DNA of 64,000 bases, from contig OZ218960.1 of assembly GCA_965112735.1 (NCBI GenBank), positions 1,364,001-1,428,000 of the forward strand, given 5' to 3'. Every line of letters starts with the position of its first letter. The first letter of the stretch is position 1. The translations under genes and the position numbers were made by a program. This document shows positions 53,080-64,000 of this stretch, in pieces. The notes under the pieces are model-generated. The model saw only the letters and a program-made list of their open reading frames with translations, ran no database searches and had not been told where the DNA came from. The stretch comes from Phaeosaccion multiseriatum (lineage: Eukaryota > Protista > Ochrophyta, other classes).

Positions 53080-54011
53080 CTGGACTTCTTCCTCCATCTG
53101 CTCCACCTGCTGCCCGCGTTGCTGTTGCTGTCGCTGCCGTTGATGGTCAAGCTGTCGTTGGTCAGCTGCCCGCCTTCCTCCTCCTCCGCCTGCTGCTGCC
53201 CCTCCTGCTGCTGCGGCTGCCCCTCCTGCTGCTGCGGCTGCCTGGCCTCTGCAAAGGCATGCATGGCCCCTTGCCAGTCCTCCTTGGTCTGTATGTGGCT
53301 CACCGTCTTGGCCAGAACGGCGCGCCTGCGCTTCTTCACCCACATACCTCGAACCGCGTGCAAAATACGCCCTCCCGGAATCCTCCGCCCTTGTCCGGCT
53401 GCTGCTGCTCCTTCCCCCTCAGCCTGCCCCCCTTTCTCTCCTTCTCCTCCTTGTCCCTCTCCTCCCCCGCCTCCTCCTTTGACGCCCTCTCCGCCTCGCT
53501 TTGCTCCTCTGATCCCCCCGCGCCCCCTGCCTCCTCTCCGGGACTGTGGTACTGCATGAAGAGGGCGAAGCGCCATGGAGCGAGAAGGAGTCCTCCTCCT
53601 CGCCGCCGAGCCGCACCTGCTCCTACCGCTGATATCACTGCCGCGATATCGCAATGCTCCCCTCTCGGCCCTCTCGCGCAGCAGTGCCGCCGCTGCTGAT
53701 ACTGCAGTTGCTTCTCCTCCTTCCCCTGCGAGCATGCACCACATGTCCATGCCGCTTCTGTTTCTCCCCCCCCCCCTTCGACCACCGCTCAGCGCCCCGA
53801 CCCCCAGCCGCCTTGCCCCCCCCCCAACTTGGCACGCGGCACTAGCAGAGAAGAGGGGGTCGAGGGCATGGCGTCCGGGGAGTGACATGTGCACACCGGC
53901 AGTAGAAGGAACGACCAGAGCAGGCGAAAGAATGGGGGAACCGGCATAAACATGCGAAGAAACAGACGCCGCCGCAGTGGGGCCCATCGCACCTCCCACG
54001 AAGCCCAACAT
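51344..54011 (-). CDS. P-class pentatricopeptide-repeat (PPR) protein, probably organellar; exons 54011-52749 and 52276-51344
   Basis: About 10 tandem 35-aa repeats, e.g. YSTMIRTCGNAGEYSKALYLASELRRDGMEPD and YAVLIGAYGKGGFVDEALATAARMAAEGIAPT; phase-0 intron CAG|GTGGGT..CAG|TAC. Confidence 0.92.
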
Positions 54012-54589
54012 GCTTCACAGCAGTGTTGGCGCCTCCGACGGGGATAAATAAAGCAGACGCCGGAGTCCAGCGCGCCTACCCTCCTTCCCTGAGGCTTGAA
54101 AATATCCCACCTCGAAAAGGGTCTTCAAAATTCCCAGCAGCGCCTTTGGCTATTTTTTCAGAGAGCGGCCTTCGTCGACCTCCCAGAGCAGTACACTTCC
54201 GCCCCACAGTCCCTTGGCACTCCCCGCACCGGCCCTGCAAGGGAGGGCGGCGTTGCTCGGCCAGGTGTTCTTTACCACCTGCTTCTCTCTCTCTCCTTCA
54301 ACCTGTTCCTGTCGTTTCTCAACAGCAGATCTCCTCTCCTTTTTCCCCCCCCAGATGAGAACCGGATATATCAACAACAGCAACAGCTTTTCCTTTTATC
54401 GTATGTCTCGTGTCTCCCCACCTCTCCTTTTTCAATCAAGGGTTTACTAAACAGCTCCAAAAGAAGGAGTTCGATTGGAGGGGGGGGGCAGAGAGGCAGA
54501 ATAATCGTCCTGACACCAATGAGGGATGGCAGCAAATGCCACCCCATTTTTTTTTCTTTCCCTTCCATTTGCTCCCGCCCTTCACTGCA

Positions 54590-55782
54590 ATGAGGGTAGA
54601 GCACTCCTTCGTGAGTATCAGCGATGACGTGCCAGCGAAGGGGTCTGGTAGAACGCCCAGCCCTGCCTACAGGGCAGAGGGGCAGGCAGGAGGAGAAGGA
54701 GGAGGGGAAACAAACGCGAGTATCAACAGCATCAACACCTCCAACAATAGCAGCCGCCCCGTCAAGAAGGCGAGGGCGCGAGGAGGGCGCTACTCGAAGA
54801 AGAAGAGCGGCAGTGGTACGGTAGCCCCCAAGATCAATTTGGACTTTCTTGGGGTGGAGGCGACCGCTGCGACAAGACGATTGGGCAAAGACGGGATGCT
54901 AACAGCAGGCACGGGTCGCATTAGAGGCAGGGGCAGACAGCCCGGGGAGGTGACGACAACTTGTCCGCACCTCATGCGCTTGGAGGCTGAGGGAGGCAAG
55001 GAAGCGCTGCTGGAAGAGTACTGTGCCCTGCGAGAGGAGGTCCACCGAGACCGCCTGCTGAGGCAGCGCAATACGGCGGGATGCTTCGGCGAGTCGTGGG
55101 AGGGAGGAGGAGGAGCCATCCGACCCGGCAGAGCAGGAGGGCCACAGGGAGGGGAGGAGGAGGAGGGGTGGGCTGGTCGAGCTGGCCGAGGGCTGTGGAC
55201 ACGGAGAGCAGAGGCCGACGCAGAGGCGCGAAGGTGAGGCGTGGAGTAGTTCTCGGTATTTCAAAGGCTAGGGGCAGCAAGTAGCAGGGGAGTAGTCGCT
55301 ATGGCTGCCATGTGTGTGCTTACAGACAAATGAATCGCTTTGTTTCTTCCCCTGCCATTGTCTTGCCTTGCCCTGTCCTCCCACCCACCCACACCGGCGA
55401 AGATCATTCGGGGTGTCAGATGAAGGCGCTGCCACCACATACTGGTCCTCCTCTTCTGGCGGGGGGAAGGGTGTGATGAAGGCGGGCATTTCCTGCGACA
55501 CTTGCCAGGGCTCCGCCTTTGGGGACGAGGAAAACGTTCTCAATTGCCTTGAGGTTAGGATGGGGGTGGTGACGGCGAAGGTCTCCAGGAAAGGGGTGTT
55601 TTCAAGTAACTGCTTTGCCTCCCGAGAAGGCGTTGCTTTGACGGCGACGCACAATGCACACACCACTGAATGAATGAATGTGCTGTCGACCCGAGAGAGG
55701 AAGGATCCGCCCGCCCACCGCAGGACTAGTAGACTGGAGCTGAAAGCCCCTGTCTCGCTCACTCTCTCTCCCTCCCTCTCTC

Positions 55783-55858
<76 letters not shown>

Positions 55859-57109
55859 CTCAGTGCCCCTACACCGGATGTCGCACTTGCCACCACATAC
55901 AGGTCAGAGGAGGACGGAAGAATTTTGAAGACCCGGAAGGGTACTCACTGACTGATCACTAGACTTAATTACCTGACTGACTGACTGACTGACTGACTGA
56001 CTGGCTGACTGACTGACTGACTGACTGACTGGCTGACTGACCAGCTGGCTCACTGACTGACTGACGGACTGACTGACTGACTCACTGATTGACCGACTGA
56101 CTGAGTGACTGAGTGAGTTCCTGACTCATTGGCTGACTTGAGTGACTAACGAACTAAGTGACTGACTGACTGACTGACTAAGTTACTGACTGACCCACCC
56201 GCTTCCCTCTCTCCCTCTCTCTCCCTCACACTTCCTCACTCACCCTCTCTTTCTTTCTCTCTCAGTACCACTCGCTGCTAACCACTCACAGCTTCTCCGT
56301 GCTGCGGGCCATGGGAGAGCTTTACTGCATGTCCTGCGCTGACTTTGTGTACGACATCGACTTCGACATTGCCCTCGCTGCTGTGGACGAGCGATTCGCA
56401 CAGGTGGGTTTGGTTCTTTCTGCCTCTGCTGCTTGGCGCATCTCTGTCTGTCTCTCACTTTCTCCTCTTTCTCATACGCTCTCTCACTCTCACTCTGTCT
56501 CTCACTTTCTCCTCTTTCTCATACGCTCTCTCACTCTCACTCACTCTGTTATGTCTCTCACTTTCTCCTCTTTCTCATACGCTCTCTCACTCTCACTCAC
56601 TCTGTTATGTCTCTCACTTTCTCCTCTTTCTCATACGCTCTCTCACTCTCACTCACTCTGTTATGTCTCTCACTTTCTCCTCTTTCTCATACGCTCTCTC
56701 ACTCTCACTCACTCTGTTATGTCTCTCACTTTCTCCTCTTTCTCATACGCTCTCTCTCTCGCTCTCGCTCTCTGTCTCTCCATCTCTCTGTATGTCTCTC
56801 CACTCTCCCACACGCTCTTCTCAATCTCGCTCTCTCTCTCTTTCTCTTTCTCTCTCTGTCGCTCTCTCTCTCTCTCGCTCTCTCTCTCTCTTTCTCTCTC
56901 TCTCTTTCTCTCTCTCTCTTTCTCTCTCTGTCGCTCTCTCTCTCTCTTTCTCTTTCTCTCTCTCTCTCTCTCTCGCTCTCTCTCTCTCTCTTTCTCTTTC
57001 TCTCTCTCTGTCGCTCTCTCTCTCTTTCTCTTTCTCTCTCTGTCGCTCTCTCTCTCTCGCTCTCTCTCTCTCTTTCTCTTTCTCTCTCTGTCGCTCTCTT
57101 TCTCTCTCC

Positions 57110-57160
<51 letters not shown>

Positions 57161-60100
57161 GCTCTCTCTCTCTCGCTCTCGCTCTCTGTCTCTCTCCTCT
57201 CTCTCTTCTCTCTCTCAGCCCTGCCGCTCTCACGAGTCGCCATCGGCCGCCCTCTTCGCGAGGAGGCGCCTGCGGGATCAGCGCTGCTACTTCTCCACCG
57301 ATGCACTGGGACTGCCCGTCGTCGGGAGCGGCGGGGGAGGAGGAGGACGAGGAGGAGGGGCAGGAAACGATACGGCTGGGGGAGGAGAAGGGCAAGAGGA
57401 AGGAGGGGCAGCGGAAGGGGCAGAAGGGGGGTGGATTTCACCCGCAGGAGGAGGAGGACAACTGAACGGAGCAGGAGGAGTGGGTAGAAGTAGCATGGAG
57501 GGTATTGGCGGTGGATGGGGAGGTGATAACGGGCTCGGCATGTCACCAACCGCTACCACCGCTACCTCCTCCTCCTTCTCCTCCTCCGTGGTGGTGTCCC
57601 CGTCGTGGCCTGTCAAGCGCCCCTTAAGTCGAAAGCGCCGACGCATGATTGCCTCGGGCCTGAGGGGGCTGAATAATATGGGCAACACGTGCTTTATGAA
57701 CAGCGTCCTGCAGGCGATGGTGCACAGCCCAGGTGGGTGGGTGTGGTTTGTAAGTCAATGGGTGGGTAGTGCGTCACTGGGTGGGTTCGTGGGCTGGCTC
57801 TTTCTTTGTCTCTCTCTCCCCTGTTCCCCGTGTCTACCACTTCTCCCCGGGGGGATGAATGGCTTGGGTAGTGTGTTTCGCACGCGGCCCTAATACCGTT
57901 ACACATGCTGCGTGTGTGTGTGTATGTGTGCGTGCCTGCGTGTGTGTGTGTGTATGTGTGTGTGTGTGCGTGTGTGTGTATGTGTGTGTGCGTGTGCGTG
58001 TGTGTGTGTGTGTGTGCGTACCGCAGTCTTCCGCGTGTTCTTCCTGAGCAATGGCCACACGCGCCACCGCTGCGAGACGCTGCGCAGAGACCTTCCGAAG
58101 GCCTTCCAACAGTTACACGAAATGCAGGTACGGACATGGACGGACATGGACTGTGTTGGGATCCGACTTAAGGTGCTTGGGTACTTCCATCTCCCCCCTC
58201 TCCCATATGTACATGTATGTGCATCCATCTCCCTCTTTCTCTCTCACACGTGTTCTCCCTCCCTCTGTATCACCAACCCTCTCACTCACTCACAGGTGGC
58301 GCTGGGTCTGAGTGACGAGGACTCCAAGCCTGACATGAAGTGCCTTCCTCGATGCATCGCGTGTGAAGTGGACTCACTCATGACGGACATGTTTGGCTGC
58401 GCGGCCCATGGAGGGGGGGGGGGCGGGGAGGATAGCATGGAAGGAGCAGGCGGGCCTTGTACCCCGGCAGGGCTGCTAGTGGCAGTCTGGACCACTTCGG
58501 AGGTGAGCCGGGGAGAGGGGGGGGGGGGCAGGAGGAGGAGGAGAAGGATATCGAGGAAGAGGTGGTGGCGGTGGAGGAGGAGGAGGAGGAGGAGGAGGAG
58601 GAGGAGGAGGAGGAGGAGGAGGAGGAGGGAAAGCGTTACCTCTTGGCACAACACTCGCTCGCTCCTTCCTCCCCTCGGTTGTCCCGTCTCTCTCACTCTC
58701 TCTCTTCCTCTTCCCCCCCCCCCTCTCTCTCTCGCTCTCCTCTCCCCCAGGTCCTAGCCGGCTACGAGCAGCAAGACGCCCATGAGTTCCTCATCGCTCT
58801 GCTGGACAACCTCCACCTCCACCTGATGCAATTCGCCTTCAATCAGAGGAGAGCTCAAGTGGTGCACACTCGTCTGGGGCAAGCCAAGGTTAGTGCAGAG
58901 TAGGAAGGACATGTGGGGAGGAGTGCGAGCAGCAGCAGCAGGCATCCTTTCGTTTCCTGTGGCCGCCGTCCTCGTCCACGCAAAGTTTCATCGGTTTCAC
59001 TTGTTTGCGACGCGTACGTACGCTGTTCACTGCCATCTGTTGCCATCCCTGGAGGCCCGAGCCATCCCCGCACACATTGCCACCTCACGATCCACCCTGA
59101 GATATCATGCCCCAACGGCGCCTCAGTCCTGAGTCTTGGCAGCCGCAGGGGGGGGGCATTGGAGTGCACCCACCCACCGCTTGATACATCTTCAAAGGCA
59201 CTCATTCCTCCCCCCACCCCACATTCGCTTTGAGACGAGAAAAGTAAAGTATATCCGGGCATAAACAACTGTCCCCATGACATACATAACGCGCTCGGAC
59301 CGCAGTCACTGCACTGTTTCCAAGCTCTTGGCATGCCTGACAGCGCCATAACTCTCTGTATTCATAACAAGTGGATGAGTTTCATGGGTGGATGTGCTGA
59401 GTTTGAAACCGTTTTGAGTGTCGACCCTCCCCGGTCTTCTTTTGTGCTGCCATCTGTTGCCATCTGCCTTGCCCGTATGTGTGCCCCTGCCCAGGCGGAG
59501 CTTGCTCAGCAAGCCAAGTCCAAGGGTGGGGCTGCGAAGTTCAGAAAGGCCGCACAAGCCGCCTCTGCCGCCTCCCAAGCCGCTGCTGCCGCTGCTGCCG
59601 CTGCTAGTGCTGCTACCGCCAATGGTTCTGATGCTACTGCCACCAATGGGCATGGCACTGGTGTAAATGGTGCTGCTGCTGTTGGTGGCGGGGGAGGTGG
59701 AGCAGCGGGAGGGAAGGGGAAGGCAGCCCACGGCAAGGGCGTTCTGAAGGGGTTCGAGTGTCTGGAGATGCCCATGCTGCCCCTACATGGGGAGCAAGTC
59801 GTACTTGAGGGAGATAAAGGTGCGTTTCCGAGAGGAGAGGATTGTCATGTGCGCGGACGGGATGGCAGGGGATGGCAAGGAATTATGTGATATTGGGGGT
59901 ATGTACGCCCATATGCCCAACATGCCCAGATGCCCATCGAAGCAAAACCCTCAGACTTCGTAAGAAAGGGAGTAGGATGTCCTGTGCTGTTCGTTAACAG
60001 TGCCTATTTGTCTTGTTTGACCCCTCCCCCCCCCCCTCCTCCCTCCCTCCCTCCCAACCAACCAACCAACAGCCTGCAACGCCTCTCTCCTGTTGCAAGG

Positions 60101-63100
60101 CGCTCAGCAGCTGTCATCCCTAGCGTCGGCGCGTGCCTCCGACTCCACCAGTCACCACGGAAGTCGCATCGAAGACCTCACGCTCTCGGTAAGGCGTGCG
60201 TGTGCGTGTGCGTGTGCGTGTGCGTGTGAGCATTCGTGTGTGTGTACGTGTGTGCGTGTTAGTGTGTCCGCCCCCCCCCCCCCCCCCCCCCCTTTTCACG
60301 TCACCTCTCCACCATCTCGGACATGGATCCCCTTTTCTTCCTCTCTCTTCTCCTCCCCTCTCCTCTCCTCCCCTCCCCTCTCCTCCCCTCCCCTCCCCTC
60401 CCCTCTCCTCTCCTCCCCTCCCCTCCCCTCCCCTCCCCTCCCCTCCCCTCCCCTCCCTCCCCTCTTCCCTTCCCCTCCCCTCCCCTCCCTTCCCCTCCCC
60501 TTCCCTTCCCCAGGGCTTTGTGTCTGAAGTGTTCGCCGGAGTGACCCGATCGGACGTTACATGCCTCCATTGCGGCACGGGCAGCGCCACTTTCGAGCGC
60601 TTTGTTGAGATATCCCTGCCGATACGCAAAGAAGACGGGTCCGCGTTGGACGAGAGAGCAGGTAAGAGAGTGGGAGTGAAAGTGTGCGTACGAGTAAATC
60701 TTGAGAGTGCCAGTAGTTGTTGTTTGTGTGTGAGTGTGATTCCGCAATAATGCTGTTTTATGCTGTCTTTCTTTCTCGTTCTCTCTCTTGCTGTCTCTCT
60801 CCCCCTCTCTCTCCCCCTCTCTCTCCCCCTCTCTCTCCCCCTCTCTCTCCCTCTCTTCCCCTCTCAAGACGGTTTCATGCGATCCTCAAGTAGCAGCGAA
60901 CAGGCGGGCAATGCGGACCTTCTGGACACGTCTGCCCCAGGGCGCTCACCCAAAGCTTCACCCAAAGCTTCACCCAAAGCTTCACCGAAAGCCTCACCCA
61001 AAGGCTCCGCAGGCGGCCGTGGCTGTCTCTCTCCGACCGCCTCTCCCAAAGCGTCTGGAGGCGGTCGTGGACGTGGTGGTCTCTCTCCTCCCAAGCGCTC
61101 ATCCTCGTCGTCCTCGCGCTCTCAGTCCGTCAGTCCGAAGCCTAACCGGGCAGCAGCAGCAACAGCAGCAGCAGCAGTTGGTGATACAGCAGCGGTTTCA
61201 CAGAAAGGCAGAGAAGGCAGCAGCTCCGAAGGGGGCTCTACCCCTATGTCCCCAATGGCGACTTTGCCTTCGTACGAAGAAGTTGCAGTCGACGCTTTTG
61301 GCCTGGGCTCTCCGGCGAGCAGCAAGGTGAGTTGGAGAAGATAAGCAAAGCAGCACGTAGTCTTACGTATCTGTGAGTAGTAAGCAGTGCCTCCTGCAAG
61401 GAAGAGCCCCCCCCGTCTCTCTTGTCTGTCTTGTCTGTCTTGTCTGTCTGCCTGCCTGCCTATCTTCTCTGTGCCTGTTTGCCTTGTCTGCCTCGTCTCC
61501 CTCGTCTGCCTCGTCTGTCTGTCTGTCTGTCTGCCTCCCTACCTACTTGCCTGCCCAACATGCCTTCCTTTCCGCCTGTCTGTCTCTCCGTCCTTACGCC
61601 TCTGTCTGTCCGTCTATCCGTCCGCCCTTGCCTATCCGTCCGCCGTTGCCTATCCGTCCCTCCGTCCGTCCGTTCAGGGCACCTCCCCTACCTCCACACC
61701 TCTCCCCTGGACAACAACAACAGGAGGAGGAGGAGCCTCCGCCTCCCCAAGTCCCACTCCGCTCTCCAACGCCAGCCCCACGACGGGTGTCACAGGTGTC
61801 ACACACCCTCCTGCCGTTGCCGCATCACCAACTGGTGGAGGTAGGGCGGCGGCGGAGGGAAGCCGTCGCACACGGAGGCAGGAGGCAGCAGATGCCTCAA
61901 GTACCACGCTTGCGGCCTGCTTCAAGCGTTTCACTCAGGTGTGTATGTGTGTGTGTGCGTGTGTGTGTGCGTGTGTGCGTGCGTGGTGGGTGGGTACCCA
62001 GCAGGTCTTAAGGAAGCTTTACGTAATTGGCATGCTTAATTAATAAGCTTCCCCTAACAGCAAAGAGCTTCTTCCTCTTGACTCACTCGCATCACTGACC
62101 TTCTCACTAAGGTGGAGCACTTGGTCACAGAGATGAGCTGCGAGGTGTGCGAGAGGAGGAGACTCAAGACCAAACAGCTCACCATCTGCTCGCTGCCCAG
62201 GTGGGTGCCGGGTGTGATTGGGTGGGTGGGGAGGAATTGTGACACATGGGGTTTGTAGGAGCGCGCAAGAGGGAGAGAACGAGAGAGAACAGTTTTCAGG
62301 GACTTGGGGGGGAATGGATCATGGCGGTGGCTGGTCCCCCTTTACGCCCCACTGCTTCTTGTTTTTTCTTCTTCTGCCCCCGTCTCTTACCCGCCTTTGT
62401 CTCCTCCTGTATTGCCCCTTGCTCCTCCTTCTTCTTCTCGTCCTCCTCCTCCTCGTCCTGCTGCTTCTGCTTCTGCTTCTGCTGATGCTGTATCACCAAC
62501 TGCCGCTTCTGCTATTGTGTTTGTTCTGGTGTCCTCTCCTCTTCTCCTTAGCGTGCTCATCATCCACCTGAAACGCTTCGACTCTGTGAACGACTGCAAG
62601 CTCGCGGACTTTGTGTCCTTCCCTGCATTGGGCCTCGACATGGGCCGGTACCTCTCCACCTGGGCCAAGGAAGCTCCTCCCCCCTCCTCCTCCTCCTCCT
62701 CCTCCCCTCCCTCCTCCTCCCCTCCCTCCTCCTCCTCCTCCTCCTCCTCCTCCTCCGCCCCGTCTCCCTCCACCTCCCCTTGCCCCTCCTCCACCGCCAC
62801 CAACGCCAACACCACCACCACCAGCACCACCACCACCACCACCACCAGCACCACCAGCACCACCACCAGCAACAGCAGCACCGCCATCCACCCCAACACC
62901 TGTGAGGAGAGTGTCGCCGCTGCTCCTTCTACGGACAGGGGTGGTGCCAGTGGTGCCGGCTGTGCGGTAGGGGGTGGGGGAGGAGGGGACGGAGGGGGAG
63001 GCACCGCACAACCGCCTTCTTTTCCAAGTGGCGGTGGTGGTGGTGGTGGTGGTGGTGGTGGTAGTGAGGTTGGGCTTGGCGCCCCCCCCCCCAAGCTTCC

Positions 63101-63144
63101 TTACGACCTCTTTGCTGTGGTCAATCATCAGGGCTCGCTCTCGC

Positions 63145-63212
<68 letters not shown>

Positions 63213-63580
63213 GTGCGTGTGTGCGTGCTTACGGTGCGAATGCGCAAGGTGGATGGATGGAAACGGTCGGTGGTGGGGAGAAAGCAATGCCCCTCTTCTC
63301 TCCTCTCATCCCCTCTCCTCCTGCCCATGATGTCATAAGTACATAATAGAATTGTTACCTCTACCCTCCCCCCCTCCCCTAGGGGCACTACACCGCCTTC
63401 ATCAAGGAGGCAGGGCTGTGGTTCAGGGCTGACGACGAAGCCGTGTATGAGGTATCGGAGGAGCAGGTGCTTCGATCAGAGGCCTACCTCCTCTTCTACA
63501 GCAGGAGGGGTGGCGGCACCCAAGGGGCGGTGAAGGCAGCGGCGGCGGCAGCAGCCGTCGCGTCGTCTTCGTCATGGTAG
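54590..63580 (+). CDS. USP22: USP22/Ubp8-like ubiquitin C-terminal hydrolase (ZnF-UBP + peptidase C19), about 16 exons
   Basis: ZnF-UBP ([27 protein letters not shown]), Cys box [50 protein letters not shown], His box [30 protein letters not shown]. Confidence 0.92.
55945..56195. repeat. (ACTG)n intronic tract
   Basis: Directly visible. Confidence 0.9.
56450..57215. repeat. 56-bp tandem repeat (~5 copies) followed by a degenerate (CT)n tract in a USP intron
   Basis: Unit TCTCTCACTTTCTCCTCTTTCTCATACGCTCTCTCACTCTCACTCACTCTGTTATG. Confidence 0.9.
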
Positions 63581-64000
63581 TTGTCGTTGTTCCCCCAGGG
63601 CGCGGGGGACGCGGAGGCACTCTAAACAGGGCTCTGACAGTGCCGTGACAGTGCTCTGAGGTCGGGGGGATCGTCGTTGTAACCAGCATGGCAAAGGTTT
63701 CTTCCCCACCATGCTCGGTTGCTAAGAAGCTTGTACAATAATACAATCCTTATTTATTGTTGTCGTGGTTAATCATGCTGGAAGAATCCCTTTTATCATG
63801 ACTTAATAGGAATCACCTGTTGAGGGGCGTCCTTCCCATTGACCCTCCACCTTGTACATGGGCTCTTATGTCTGACGCACGCACACACACACACACACAC
63901 ACACACGCCGCCCCTCCCCCTCAGAGGCACGAGGGGAAGGCAGTGGAAGGAGAAGCCCCCCTCTGACGCTCTAAGGAGTGGAATGAGTGTGCCTGTCTGT

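Larger units (their letters stand above)
1638..62500. repeat. Dispersed short repeat family, core GTTGGTGATACAG (span of all copies)
   Basis: Exact copies at 1638+, 11414-, 13833-, 17654+, 23037+, 34506+, 47943+, 48088-, 58265-, 61177+, 62488-. Confidence 0.9.

Noticed and set aside
56299-57487. 380-480-aa Ser/Leu-rich ORFs and the antisense ERER ORFs
   Set aside because: They arise from an intronic CT/56-bp repeat; only short flanking parts are USP exons
83-63382. Introner-like repeated intron family
   Set aside because: Introns share simple repeats and short motifs but no end-to-end homology or terminal repeats

Overview
This is a gene-dense, intron-rich eukaryotic nuclear window. It most likely comes from a photosynthetic stramenopile (ochrophyte): one gene has a signal peptide plus 'SAF' bipartite plastid presequence, and the ankyrin repeats are stramenopile-type. 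About 13 genes can be reconstructed by hand: the 3' end of a CCHC zinc-knuckle gene, LST8, a multi-exon ankyrin protein, a Tic22-like protein fragmented in the ORF track, a BBOX/TauD dioxygenase, a small Dpy-30-motif protein, RUS1/DUF647, a DENN protein, a DHX33-like helicase, an intronless ankyrin-like gene, a GAF-domain protein, a large orphan, a PPR protein and a USP22/Ubp8-like deubiquitinase. Introns and many exons are filled with micro- and minisatellites, which account for most long ORFs in the track. The main unexplained signals are: (1) a dispersed 13-bp motif, GTTGGTGATACAG, with 11 exact and about 11 near-exact copies on both strands, in introns and in exons in different reading frames, usually embedded in (GCA)n; (2) a ~700-bp head-to-head palindrome built from two diverged 3' fragments of an RLE-type non-LTR retrotransposon, just downstream of RUS1; (3) a second dispersed motif, GGATGGCAGTGGATGG; (4) complementary G-rich/C-rich intron ends and frequent AAG acceptors; (5) an in-frame TGA inside the GAF gene. 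No rRNA, tRNA or CRISPR array was seen. All exon boundaries were read by eye and need RNA-seq confirmation.
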